A stretch of DNA of 61,891 nucleotides, from positions 1-61,891 of the IMG/VR virus record IMGVR_UViG_3300049893_001270. One strand, given 5' to 3'. The notes below the pieces were generated by a model that made no database searches, had not been told where the DNA came from, and worked only from the letters and a program-made list of their open reading frames with translations. The DNA comes from a virus. Its lineage: Duplodnaviria; Caudoviricetes. The position numbers and the translations under genes are program-made. Below are positions 17,191 to 26,328 of the stretch, in pieces (the stretch's first letter is position 1; each line of letters begins with the position of its first letter).

Positions 17191-18228
17191 ATGTCATCTA
17201 AATCTGCACTGGAAAAACTCAACGACGCCGTCTACGCCCTTTCTGATCGGTACGCCGACGCGACCAACACGAACAAGCGTATGCTGCGCACGGCACTCCT
17301 CGACGATCAATGCGGGGGGCTCTGGTACAACAAAACCGACGGCGTGCAGCAGTTCAACGCGATCCCCGTCGAAATCCTCGAAGGCGCGACTGCTCGCGCA
17401 AACACCTTGCGGGCGCTGACGAACCCGGCCGCAGCCGTCGTCTCCATCAACGAGATGATGGCCCGCTCGGCGGGCTGGCGCGAGTCGATCCGGCGTACGC
17501 GCCGTGCCAACAAGGGAAAGACATCCGACCAGATCGATGACGAGCGCGCGTACTACAAGAAGCGCACGCTGATGGACCAAGCGTACGCCTACGCCAAGCG
17601 CGCCGCACTGCGCCTGACCGACAGCAACAGCCTCGATCTTCTGGAAGACGTGATCCCGGCTTCGAAGGCGCGAGGCGGTGTTCGTCCGAGTGAGCAGTTG
17701 TTGCGGCTGGTGTTCGATCTGGCAACGGGCACCTGCCCCTGGTGGGAGTTCGACGCCCACGTCAAGCGCGAGCGAAAGTTCGCGAACCTTCCCACCCCTG
17801 TGGTGCGTGACGCACACAAGATGCTGCTCGACATCTGCACTTGCCCCGACAACACGCTGCGGGACACCGTGACGACCTTTGTGAACGATTGGCGCGAGCT
17901 GCCGCATCGCGCGCCCCCGCCGGTCAGCAATCAGCCCCAGACATGCGAAACCCCCAGCGACAACAACTCTACTGCGCTCTTTTCGCAAGCTGCCCAGTCT
18001 GCGAAGAGCGCACTGCACGGACACCGACCGATCAAGGAGATCATGGACGATGTTCTGCGCGCGAGAGCCAGCTTGTTTGCCTTGATGGCTTCGTACGCCA
18101 ACGTCTGCTTGAAGAACCAGACGACCCCGTACCTCGCCCAAGTCGAAGCAATCGCTGCGGATATGAAATCACTTGCGTCCTTCGAAAACGAGTGGTCCGC
18201 AGCCCTGGTCGCCCAGGCAAACGACTGA
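17191..18228 (+). CDS. hypothetical protein
   Basis: 345 aa, GC3-biased. Confidence 0.65.
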   Translation: MSSKSALEKLNDAVYALSDRYADATNTNKRMLRTALLDDQCGGLWYNKTDGVQQFNAIPVEILEGATARANTLRALTNPAAAVVSINEMMARSAGWRESIRRTRRANKGKTSDQIDDERAYYKKRTLMDQAYAYAKRAALRLTDSNSLDLLEDVIPASKARGGVRPSEQLLRLVFDLATGTCPWWEFDAHVKRERKFANLPTPVVRDAHKMLLDICTCPDNTLRDTVTTFVNDWRELPHRAPPPVSNQPQTCETPSDNNSTALFSQAAQSAKSALHGHRPIKEIMDDVLRARASLFALMASYANVCLKNQTTPYLAQVEAIAADMKSLASFENEWSAALVAQAND

Positions 18229-18701
18229 TTTGTGGGACACGATTTGCGTGGCTCACGGTTGTTCGCCCCGTTGGGCTAGTACGGCACAACAAAACACGCA
18301 ACGCGACGGGCTACCTTTGCGTGTGTGACTGCGGGCAGACGATCGTCGTTGAAGTAGACGACCTGATGAACAACAGCAAACGGCATTGCGGGTGCCGTCA
18401 TGGAAAATCCGCCCGCTTGCCCAGCGGGTCTAACAAATACCGACGCCAGCTCACACGTTCCGCAGGGTTGAACACGCACGACAACGCCATCTTGCTGAAA
18501 ATGGTGAAAAAAGTAGCGGCCTTGTGGGGGCCGCTGACCATCGTGAAGCTCACGTCGGTACACGAATTTGGTCGTGAAGAGCGACAGGCCAACAACACGC
18601 GCACAATCTCGATCGAAGATGTCGCGTCTGGAAAAAAGATTGAGGTGACAGCGCGCTCGTACGGTAGGGCGCTATCGAAAATCAAAGAAAGGGTAACATG
18701 A
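18192..18701 (+). CDS. protein with the N-terminal Cys module typical of phage HNH/AP2 endonucleases; no recognisable nuclease domain
   Basis: G.RF..LTVV...YLCVCDCG...V..DDL...HCGC; start uncertain. Confidence 0.6.
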   Translation: MVRSPGRPGKRLICGTRFAWLTVVRPVGLVRHNKTRNATGYLCVCDCGQTIVVEVDDLMNNSKRHCGCRHGKSARLPSGSNKYRRQLTRSAGLNTHDNAILLKMVKKVAALWGPLTIVKLTSVHEFGREERQANNTRTISIEDVASGKKIEVTARSYGRALSKIKERVT

Positions 18702-19039
18702 CTCAGCCGTCATCGTGGGTAGACATCATCCATCTGAACGTCGCTGGCTACGGCCACCACGCAAAGTTCACCGCTGACGACGCAGCGGCCAACCCATCTG
18801 GTATTGGAAAACTCGACCCTGACATTGCGAACGTGTTTGACACGTTCGCACTCGCTGTCGTACCCGTCACGCCGGGTTACAGCACGACAGGGCAGCGCAT
18901 TGGGTATGTACCCCGTGCGTTCAGCGAGATCGTCTCAGGGTTTCTGAGAGCTGGCGTGCCCATGCGCGTGAAGCTCCTACTCCCGCAGAACCCCAAGTCA
19001 TCCCCAACGATGATTTTGCAGACAAAGAAAGGTACATGA
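18698..19039 (+). CDS. HIRAN domain protein
   Basis: VAGY, L.PD..N.FD.FA.AV, RIGYVPR. Confidence 0.75.
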   Translation: MTQPSSWVDIIHLNVAGYGHHAKFTADDAAANPSGIGKLDPDIANVFDTFALAVVPVTPGYSTTGQRIGYVPRAFSEIVSGFLRAGVPMRVKLLLPQNPKSSPTMILQTKKGT

Positions 19040-19851
19040 TGAGCGCCAAGAACGTCGCATTCGAAGTGGTCGATGTCGTCACGCACGACGACCAGTGCCG
19101 CACCCGCTTCCAAGTCTCGCTCGACTTCGAGAAGGACGACACAGACGGCATCGTCGCAGCGGTGCAGTTCGCGACCATGCTGCTGACGCACAAGATCGAT
19201 CTGCACGACGTGGTGATGTCGGCGTCGAAGTCCCCGATGCTGGTGCCGATCCCGCGCCACGCTGCCCCATCGGAGAGCGAAGAGGCTTCTCCCCCGGCTG
19301 CGGAGCCCAAGCGGCGTGGGCGACCGCCCAAGTCGGCCAAGCCTGACGAAGACAAGCACGACGATGCCCCGGCCACGCCCGCCATCGCCGCACCGGAGAA
19401 CAAAGCCGAGACGATCTCGGCATTGCAATCCGCAATCAACGCCGTGCAGAAGGGCGAAGTGGCTGCGGCCGACGTGTCGATCACCGGGCGTACGTACACC
19501 GCGTCCGCGACGATCTCTGCCACCCCGGCCCCGCTGCCGACCACGCCCACCCCTGCGCATGTCGCGCCCGCGGTGGAGCCTCCCCCCACGGAGGATCTCA
19601 CGTCCGACGATTCGGAGGATGCTGACGCAGCACTCGTCCCTGCGGTGGTTGGGAGCAACGAGGGCAGACCGGCCACTCTTCGTACGGTGCTGACCTATCT
19701 GCTCAACACCCCCGGCATCTCGACGTACAAGAACAAGGAGCGCACGAAGGCGTGGTGCTTGGCTTACCACGACCGCGTGCCCTGCTTGGCAGAAGCGCCG
19801 GATCTCCCCAACCGTCTGGACCGCGCCATCGCGCTGGTCTTCACGGGCTGA
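19036..19851 (+). CDS. hypothetical protein with AT-hook-like motif and Ala/Pro-rich linker
   Basis: PKRRGRPPK; low-complexity middle region. Confidence 0.6.
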   Translation: MMSAKNVAFEVVDVVTHDDQCRTRFQVSLDFEKDDTDGIVAAVQFATMLLTHKIDLHDVVMSASKSPMLVPIPRHAAPSESEEASPPAAEPKRRGRPPKSAKPDEDKHDDAPATPAIAAPENKAETISALQSAINAVQKGEVAAADVSITGRTYTASATISATPAPLPTTPTPAHVAPAVEPPPTEDLTSDDSEDADAALVPAVVGSNEGRPATLRTVLTYLLNTPGISTYKNKERTKAWCLAYHDRVPCLAEAPDLPNRLDRAIALVFTG

Positions 19852-19860
19852 CACAGCTTT

Positions 19861-20030
19861 CCGGTAGAGTAGAACTACCGGCTCGGTAGGTGGACCTAGC
19901 CACTTACCGATGGGGGCAAGCGGGGTGTGCCCAACGATGCAGCGCGATGCACCGCTGCAAAACTCCCGCAGCCGCGCGCGGCGCATCTCCATCGTCAGCG
20001 CAAACCGGCCGGTTAGCCCACGATACGGGC
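19861..20030 (+). ncRNA. structured non-coding region upstream of tRNA-Lys
   Basis: CCGGTAG/CTACCGG, TCGGTAGGTGG/CCACTTACCGA, CGATGGGGG/TCTCCATCG enclosing TGCAGCG/CGCTGCA; G-U pairs favour the + strand. Confidence 0.4.
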
Positions 20031-20033
20031 CAT

Positions 20034-20106
20034 GAGACGCTAACTCAATTGGTAGAGTACCCGGCTTTTAACCGGAGTGTTCGGGGTTCGACCCCCCGGC
20101 GTCTCA
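20034..20106 (+). tRNA. tRNA-Lys (UUU)
   Basis: GAGACGC/GCGTCTC acceptor, ACTC/GAGT D-stem, loop CTTTTAA, CGGGG-TTCGACC-CCCCG; CCA not encoded. Confidence 0.92.
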
Positions 20107-20121
20107 CTCCCTGGTGAATTC

Positions 20122-22770
20122 ATGCCGAAGCTGCCCATGTACCAACCCGCTCAGGCAGCAACGTTGCTGCCTCCCACCCCAACCACGTCGGTCTACGACG
20201 AAACGTGCACCCGCTGCTCACGACACAGCGTGACAAAAACAGTCTGCATCAAACCAACCCTCGTACGAGTTGGCGACAGCGACAAAAACAGAGTGCTGCT
20301 GCTGGCCGACCGACCAACAAAGAACATCGACATGTCGGGTCGAGCGTTCAGCGACGGCGCGCAGCACCAGTTGGTGTCTGTGGTCAAGAACAGCACTGTC
20401 GATGGAACGTTCCTCTTCGACTACGCCGTGCGCTGCTACGGCGACGCTAACGAGATCGAGCCTGCGCACACCCTGGCGTGCGCAGGCGCGACAACCTTGC
20501 TGTACAGAGAATTCGCGCCTCACAGAATCATCGCGATGGGACGCACGACCATCGCCGCGCTGACGGGGCGATCGATCGACCCGCACGACGTGCGAGGCGG
20601 GTGGTCGCCGCTGATCGACGCGGACGTGGCAGATGTTTTCGGTGTGGCTGACACACAGATCACGCCTGTTTATTTCATGCCCGACTTCTCGATGGTGGCG
20701 AACAACCGCTTTCTCCGAGCGGACTTCGTGTCGGACCTGCACCACGCCATTACCCGGCCGCTCCCGTCTCGTCGTGAGCTGGCTCACGTCTACGGTGAGC
20801 TTTTCTACGTAGACGTGAAGTCCCCCAAAGAAGCCAGCGCAGCCTTGTCAGCCTGCCAAAACAGCGGTGTTGTCAGCTTCGACTGCGAAACGCAGGGCCA
20901 GATTTTCGACAGTGAGTTTCGTGTCAGGTCGATCGCGTTTACGACGGACGCCGACGAAACGTTCGTGTTCGACGGGGACGCCGTGCCTATGTACGCGTCC
21001 ACGATTCGCTCGATCCTGTCGCTGCCTTCTCCCAAGGTGGGCCACAACGTCAAGTACGACGCGATTGCCTGCAAGTCCGATCCGTCGATCGCCATGCTGC
21101 CCGTCAACGCGTACGTGGACACGCGGCTCATGCGCAAGCTGGTCGAACCTACCGTCAGCGGTCGGTTGGAAGAAAACTCGGAGCTCATCGGATTCGGTGG
21201 GCACAAGGCCGAGGCGCAAGAACACATTGCGCTGGTCAAGCGTGAGCTCAACGCCGTCGCCAAGTACGACCCGACGGCGCGCACTCCAACCGGGCGGTTG
21301 AAGTCCCCACCAAAGCTGTCGCTCATCAACCCGGTTGATGTCACGGATCGCACGCGATACCTGATCCGTGGCGGCGTCGAGCCGGACACGTTTGCGTACG
21401 GGTTGATGTCGCCGGACATTCGTACGCGGTACAACGCCAGGGACGCGTACACGACGTACCGGCTGTACAACGTGGTGCGCTCGCGGGAGACACCGCAGTC
21501 TCGCTTCGTCTACGAGAAGATCACACAGCCCGCACTACGCGCGCTGACCCAGATGGAATCCTGGGGCCTGCCGATCGACAAGAGCCGTGTGGAGGCCACA
21601 GCAGCCATGCTGCAAACAGAGACCCGCGCGGCGAAAGCTCGTCTGGATCTTCATGGTGAACTGAACTGGAACAGCCCGAAGCAGATCGCGCATCTCCTGT
21701 ACGACAAGCTGGGGCTACCAGTCATCGAGTACACTGAATCGGGCACACCGGGCACCGGCAAAGAAGTGCTCGAAGAGTTGGCGAAGCGCGGCAATCAGGT
21801 TGCGAAAGACCTGATCAACTATCGCAAGTTGTCCAAGCTGGACTCGGTCTATGCGACGGGAATGCTCCCGCACATTCGGTTTGACGGGCGTGTTTACCCG
21901 TCGTTCCTTCTCGATGGCGCTGAGTCCGGCCGCATCAGCAGCCAGAACCCCAACGCGCAGAACATTCCATCCGCCGAGCGCGACCCCGTCTACGGCAAAA
22001 TGATTCGCTCCATGTTCCGTGTCCCCAAGGGGCGCGTGCTGCTTGAGGGCGACATGTCCCAGCAAGAGCTGCGCGTGCTGGCGATGCTGTCTCAAGATCC
22101 TGTGTTGATCGACGCGTTCAAGAACAAGGTCGATATTCACAAAGCCACTGCCGCCGTCGTGTATGGCGTGCCATTGGAGGCTGTGACGAAAGAACAGCGC
22201 ACCCGGTCCAAGACCGTCACGTTCGGGCTGATCTACGGCAAGACGGACTACGGTCTGGCGCAGCAGCTCCTCATCACGGAGGACGAGTCGAAGACGATCC
22301 GCAAGGCAGTGCTCGGCCGATACAAACAGGCCGACAAGTACATGCGCGAGACAATCGCGTTTGCCCAAGAACACGGGGGCGTGTGGACACTCTGGGACGG
22401 CCAGAAGGCCCGTTGGCGACCGTTGCCGGACATCGGGCTACTGGGTGACGACAAGGGGCTGCACGGCCGACGGTTCAACGCGACCAACGCATCGATCAAC
22501 ACGCCAATTCAAGGGCTGGCCGCAGATTTTGTCACGGCATCCCTATGGCCGATCGTAGACATGATCGTCAAGTTTTTCCCTACCGCTCGTGTTGTGTGCA
22601 CTGTGCACGACTCGATCATGGTCGAGTGTGACGAGGCCGACGCTGTTTTTATCGCGCACGAAATGAAGAACGTGATGCAGTCCCACCCCAGCATGGGTGT
22701 GCCGCTCGAAGCAGAGTTCAAGATGGGGCCGTCATGGGGTGAGATGGACACGCTGCACCTTGTCGCTTAA
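20122..22770 (+). CDS. polA: family A DNA polymerase with N-terminal UDG-like domain and 3'-5' exonuclease
   Basis: Cys-rich UDG-like N-terminus; exonuclease FDCET, HNVKYD, YNARD; polymerase GRISSQNPNAQNIP, DMSQQELR, RTRSKTVTFGLIYG, VHDS. Confidence 0.93.
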   Translation: MPKLPMYQPAQAATLLPPTPTTSVYDETCTRCSRHSVTKTVCIKPTLVRVGDSDKNRVLLLADRPTKNIDMSGRAFSDGAQHQLVSVVKNSTVDGTFLFDYAVRCYGDANEIEPAHTLACAGATTLLYREFAPHRIIAMGRTTIAALTGRSIDPHDVRGGWSPLIDADVADVFGVADTQITPVYFMPDFSMVANNRFLRADFVSDLHHAITRPLPSRRELAHVYGELFYVDVKSPKEASAALSACQNSGVVSFDCETQGQIFDSEFRVRSIAFTTDADETFVFDGDAVPMYASTIRSILSLPSPKVGHNVKYDAIACKSDPSIAMLPVNAYVDTRLMRKLVEPTVSGRLEENSELIGFGGHKAEAQEHIALVKRELNAVAKYDPTARTPTGRLKSPPKLSLINPVDVTDRTRYLIRGGVEPDTFAYGLMSPDIRTRYNARDAYTTYRLYNVVRSRETPQSRFVYEKITQPALRALTQMESWGLPIDKSRVEATAAMLQTETRAAKARLDLHGELNWNSPKQIAHLLYDKLGLPVIEYTESGTPGTGKEVLEELAKRGNQVAKDLINYRKLSKLDSVYATGMLPHIRFDGRVYPSFLLDGAESGRISSQNPNAQNIPSAERDPVYGKMIRSMFRVPKGRVLLEGDMSQQELRVLAMLSQDPVLIDAFKNKVDIHKATAAVVYGVPLEAVTKEQRTRSKTVTFGLIYGKTDYGLAQQLLITEDESKTIRKAVLGRYKQADKYMRETIAFAQEHGGVWTLWDGQKARWRPLPDIGLLGDDKGLHGRRFNATNASINTPIQGLAADFVTASLWPIVDMIVKFFPTARVVCTVHDSIMVECDEADAVFIAHEMKNVMQSHPSMGVPLEAEFKMGPSWGEMDTLHLVA

Positions 22771-22817
22771 CCGCGCGTGTGCACATACTATCCGTGGGGG
22801 AGGTAAGGTAACGCGGC

Positions 22818-23267
22818 GTGTCGGATATCATCAAAAACGCACAGTCCGTCACAGCGCATACGTCACCCGCTGACGTATCGATTGACACGACAGACCTGAG
22901 CGGCGAGTTCGTCCGAATCGTTGCCCAAATCAGCCGAGCAAATCAACTGCTGGTGGAAGCAGAGGAAATTTGCGAGTACATCGAACATCTTCTAGAAGTA
23001 GAGGACGCTCGGCTGACGCTGCGGTACCGAGACTTGCTCAAAGCCAAGGGAGAGAAACCAACCGAATCTATCATCGACGCACACGTTAAATGCGACATCA
23101 ACCGAATCAACCTGTGCAACAGAGCTATTTCTGCAAGAGCGTATAAGTCGCGCTGCCGACGTGAAGTGGAGTCTCTTGAAGCCAAGAGCTCCATGTTGAT
23201 CTCGCTAGGCGCGCATATTCGCGCTGAAATGAACATCGACCCAAACATCAGAGGACGAAAACCATGA
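22818..23267 (+). CDS. helical protein, possible UvsY-like recombination mediator
   Basis: coiled-coil pattern, K.TE..I.A.V..D motif; adjacent to SSB. Confidence 0.5.
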   Translation: MSDIIKNAQSVTAHTSPADVSIDTTDLSGEFVRIVAQISRANQLLVEAEEICEYIEHLLEVEDARLTLRYRDLLKAKGEKPTESIIDAHVKCDINRINLCNRAISARAYKSRCRREVESLEAKSSMLISLGAHIRAEMNIDPNIRGRKP

Positions 23268-24049
23268 CGAAGCTGTGGGAAGAGTGGGACGAGACGACGG
23301 CCAAGGCCGAGGTGGAAACTGCCCGCAAGTCGGCTGGGTTCAGCAAGTGGCTGCCCAAGTTCGCGATCGGCAAGAACGTCGTGCGCATTCTCCCGGCGCG
23401 TGTCGGCTGCACAAGCCCGTTCCGCGTGACGTACATTCACTACATCGACCTGCCTGGATCGAAGGTCAGCTTCGTCTGCCCGATGCAAGAGGCGAGTCAG
23501 CCCTGCCCGGTGTGCACGACGATCGCGCGCCTTCAAGTCAGCGAGAACCCGCTCGACAAGGACCGCGCCAAGCGCATGAACGCGCAGTACACCGTGTACG
23601 CCAACGTGTACTCGGTGTTGCCCGAGGCTGCGCAGCCGCGCGCTCAGATCGCCCGGTTCACCCAGAAGGTTCACAAGACCATCCTCTCGTACAAGACCGA
23701 TTTCGGCGTGCCGTTCGATCACCCCGTCAGAGGCACGAACATTGTGCTGGTGCGCGAGGGATCGACGCAGACAGATACCAAGTACACCCTGATGCTCGAC
23801 CCGATGGGGGCCAGCAAGCTGTCCAACGACGATCAGGTGATGACCCAGATTCTCCAGAGCATGTGGAATCTGGACAACGAAGTGATGGTGCCCACCTTCG
23901 ATCAGGTGCAGCGAATGCTGCGCGGTGAGAAGGTGGACCTGTACAAAGAGCGCGGGTCGATGCCCGCGGTGAGCGGCGGTAGCCGTGCGGTCAAGGCGAT
24001 TGCCGCTACCACCAACCACATCTCCGACGACGACCTGCTCGACGGATGA
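23264..24049 (+). CDS. single-stranded DNA-binding protein (gp32-like)
   Basis: G.NVVRILP, H...FVCP...PCPVC zinc site, P..G..I...REG....TKY, acidic C-terminal tail. Confidence 0.75.
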   Translation: MTKLWEEWDETTAKAEVETARKSAGFSKWLPKFAIGKNVVRILPARVGCTSPFRVTYIHYIDLPGSKVSFVCPMQEASQPCPVCTTIARLQVSENPLDKDRAKRMNAQYTVYANVYSVLPEAAQPRAQIARFTQKVHKTILSYKTDFGVPFDHPVRGTNIVLVREGSTQTDTKYTLMLDPMGASKLSNDDQVMTQILQSMWNLDNEVMVPTFDQVQRMLRGEKVDLYKERGSMPAVSGGSRAVKAIAATTNHISDDDLLDG

Positions 24050-24080
24050 CACACTGGCGTGGTCAAACCACGCCAGCCAC

Positions 24081-24155
24081 GCCAAAGTAGCTCAGTGGAA
24101 GAGCACCCGATTTGTAATCGGGCGGTCGCGAGTTCGATGCTCGTCTTTGGCTCCA
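24081..24155 (+). tRNA. tRNA-Thr (UGU)
   Basis: GCCAAAG/CTTTGGC acceptor, GCTC/GAGC, CCCGA-TTTGTAA-TCGGG, T-loop TTCGATG, encoded CCA. Confidence 0.93.
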
Positions 24156-24323
24156 AGGGTGTTGAACCACTCTACCAACGGACAACATATCATCCGTTGG
24201 TATGGATTGCGGCCCTTATCCTGCGCGAGTCCGCAAGTCAAATGAGCCCTAGCCTCACCGAATGGGGCGATCTGAAGACTCTAAAGAGATACAGCTCGCG
24301 CGGGGCTAATTTACACTACGACC

Positions 24324-24536
24324 ATGCGAAACATTCAAGGCGTTGCGTTCGCCACGGGTAACGGTGGCTTTTTCCTTCACCTCTGGGCGTCGAGCAGCAT
24401 CGACGTTGATATTTTCACGCAAAACCGATCGGCGTTTGCCCAAGCCGCTCTTTCGTGGATGATGGGGTCGCAGACGCCTATGTGGGGTCTGCTGGACCCG
24501 ATCGAAACACCACTCGAAAGGATGCCTTCGCTGTGA
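24324..24536 (+). CDS. hypothetical protein
   Basis: 70 aa; GTGA coupling to the next ORF. Confidence 0.45.
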   Translation: MRNIQGVAFATGNGGFFLHLWASSSIDVDIFTQNRSAFAQAALSWMMGSQTPMWGLLDPIETPLERMPSL

Positions 24537-24811
24537 CAACGCTCAAGAACCCGCTCGTGGTCGTTCACACGGACAGGACGGTGTGGTCCTTTTTCGAAGG
24601 CAACGCCATTGTTGCCTCCATTCGGCACAATCACATCGACACCATGCGTGCAGACGGTCGTACGCGTCTGGATATCTCATGTTTCAAGCCGGGGTGCGAA
24701 TCGTACATCTCGGTCGTCTCTGACTTTCAAGGAGCAGTGAACCACCTTGCAGCCTCCATCGCGAACTCCCTGGACAGTCCATCCAAGCGCGCACGACCCA
24801 AGCGTACGTAG
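24533..24811 (+). CDS. hypothetical protein
   Basis: GTG start overlapping the previous stop. Confidence 0.5.
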   Translation: MTTLKNPLVVVHTDRTVWSFFEGNAIVASIRHNHIDTMRADGRTRLDISCFKPGCESYISVVSDFQGAVNHLAASIANSLDSPSKRARPKRT

Positions 24812-24878
24812 CTTGACCTGCATCGCGTCGCGTAACCTGATGGACTCAGGTTACTTTAGCGAGAACTGCTGCCGCCGC

Positions 24879-26093
24879 ATGATGTACGCGGTAGTTTCCG
24901 ATGTTCATATCGGATCGTACAAGGGGGAAGTGCCCATCACCGCTGGGATGGTTGACTACCGCGGGGCGGCGCGGCTGTTGGCGCTCTCCAACGCTGCGAG
25001 AATGTACAGAGAGAGACTCAGCGAGTCTCTCGATGACGCCCAGCGTGCGCGTATGTTCTTTGCGTCCCCCACGAAGCCCCCACCGAGATCGATGGTGTAC
25101 GAGCGCCTGCTCGTAGCGGGTGACCTCTTCGATTCGCCAAAAACCCACCCGGCATGGCTGTCTCTACTAAGTCGAGGCGTAGTGGAGATCCTTAGCGCGA
25201 TCAGCGGCAACCATGAGATGTCGAGCGTGTCGCTGTGGGACCAGTCAATCCTTACCGCGTCTCGAATCGGGCGCGCTGTGTGCCACGAGCCGAGCGTAAT
25301 CGCGCCTGGGGTCGCAGCCATTCCGTACGCGCCGAGCACAAGTCAGATTGACTACCTCTCTCGCGCAATGGCGCACCCCAACCTGCGCGGCCACCACGAA
25401 ACACACGACGTGTGCGTAGCGCACGTTGGGGTATGGGACGGTGCCCCGCCCATGATCCCGAACCACTCGGCAAGCTCGGTTGGTGCGCGCGATCTGATCA
25501 CATCGATGGGGGCAAACAGCATCTCGGTCATGTTCGTGGGCGATTGGCATAAATCTGGGGTTTTCTCGCACGACGGAAAGGTCATCGTTCAGTGCGGCAC
25601 TACGTGCCCGATCGACTGGTCTGACAGCGGACCAAACAACGGGTTCGTGTACTACCTGTCTCTTCTGCACACGATCGAGACGCACGCCACGAAGCGCGAG
25701 TATTTCGCCACGGCGATCTGGCGTGAAGGCATCCCAGGCGTGCCTCAGTTCGAGACTGTCACGTTTGGGCCGAACGCTGCGGCAGAGATCGCCAGAATTT
25801 GCGGCGAAATTCGCCGCAACAACCGCATCCCGTTCATCGCGCTGGCCGCAGCGCCCCAAGAGATCGCCTCTGCTCGTCAACTGGCAGACACAATCGAGGA
25901 ATCCGTGACCCCGACGATCATCGCAGCAGACGCGGCGGCGTCGTTTGACCGCGCGAAGAATCAGTTGGTCAATCTGGGCGACTTGGAGGCTGGCGTAGCG
26001 AGCTACGTTGCAAACAACGTGAAGCCTGAGATTCAGTCCGAGGTTCAATCGCGGCTACTGGAGTACATTCGTGAAGCCAGACGAGCAAAATAG
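24879..26093 (+). CDS. sbcD: SbcD/Mre11-like metallophosphoesterase nuclease
   Basis: SDVH, AGDLFD, GNHE, AH, GDWH motifs; next to SbcC. Confidence 0.85.
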   Translation: MMYAVVSDVHIGSYKGEVPITAGMVDYRGAARLLALSNAARMYRERLSESLDDAQRARMFFASPTKPPPRSMVYERLLVAGDLFDSPKTHPAWLSLLSRGVVEILSAISGNHEMSSVSLWDQSILTASRIGRAVCHEPSVIAPGVAAIPYAPSTSQIDYLSRAMAHPNLRGHHETHDVCVAHVGVWDGAPPMIPNHSASSVGARDLITSMGANSISVMFVGDWHKSGVFSHDGKVIVQCGTTCPIDWSDSGPNNGFVYYLSLLHTIETHATKREYFATAIWREGIPGVPQFETVTFGPNAAAEIARICGEIRRNNRIPFIALAAAPQEIASARQLADTIEESVTPTIIAADAAASFDRAKNQLVNLGDLEAGVASYVANNVKPEIQSEVQSRLLEYIREARRAK

Positions 26094-26328
26094 CGCCATT
26101 GTTCAGCGCGCGGAGCTGATCGAGGCTGTCGTTCGACGCCACCACACAGGGAACCCAACAATGGTCGCGCTCGCGGTTGCCTGCACGGCGGCGTGCAAGT
26201 CACCACCGGCCGACCCTGTGTTGCGAAAAAAGACCTACGCATGGGCGAGTGTACTGCTCACCATGATGACCGATCTGAACAAGTACAGTCCGCTGCTGAC
26301 CGCGGACATCGACGACGGAACCGCGTAA
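26071..26328 (+). CDS. hypothetical protein between sbcD and sbcC
   Basis: 85 aa; TAATG coupling to sbcC. Confidence 0.5.
   Translation: MKPDEQNSAIVQRAELIEAVVRRHHTGNPTMVALAVACTAACKSPPADPVLRKKTYAWASVLLTMMTDLNKYSPLLTADIDDGTA

Noticed and set aside
20077-20121. Upstream GTG start of the polymerase given by the ORF track
   Set aside because: It lies inside tRNA-Lys; ATG 20122 is more plausible.
24271-24296. CTGAAGA followed by a small stem, resembling a hammerhead ribozyme core
   Set aside because: The required GAAA after stem II and stems I/III are absent.
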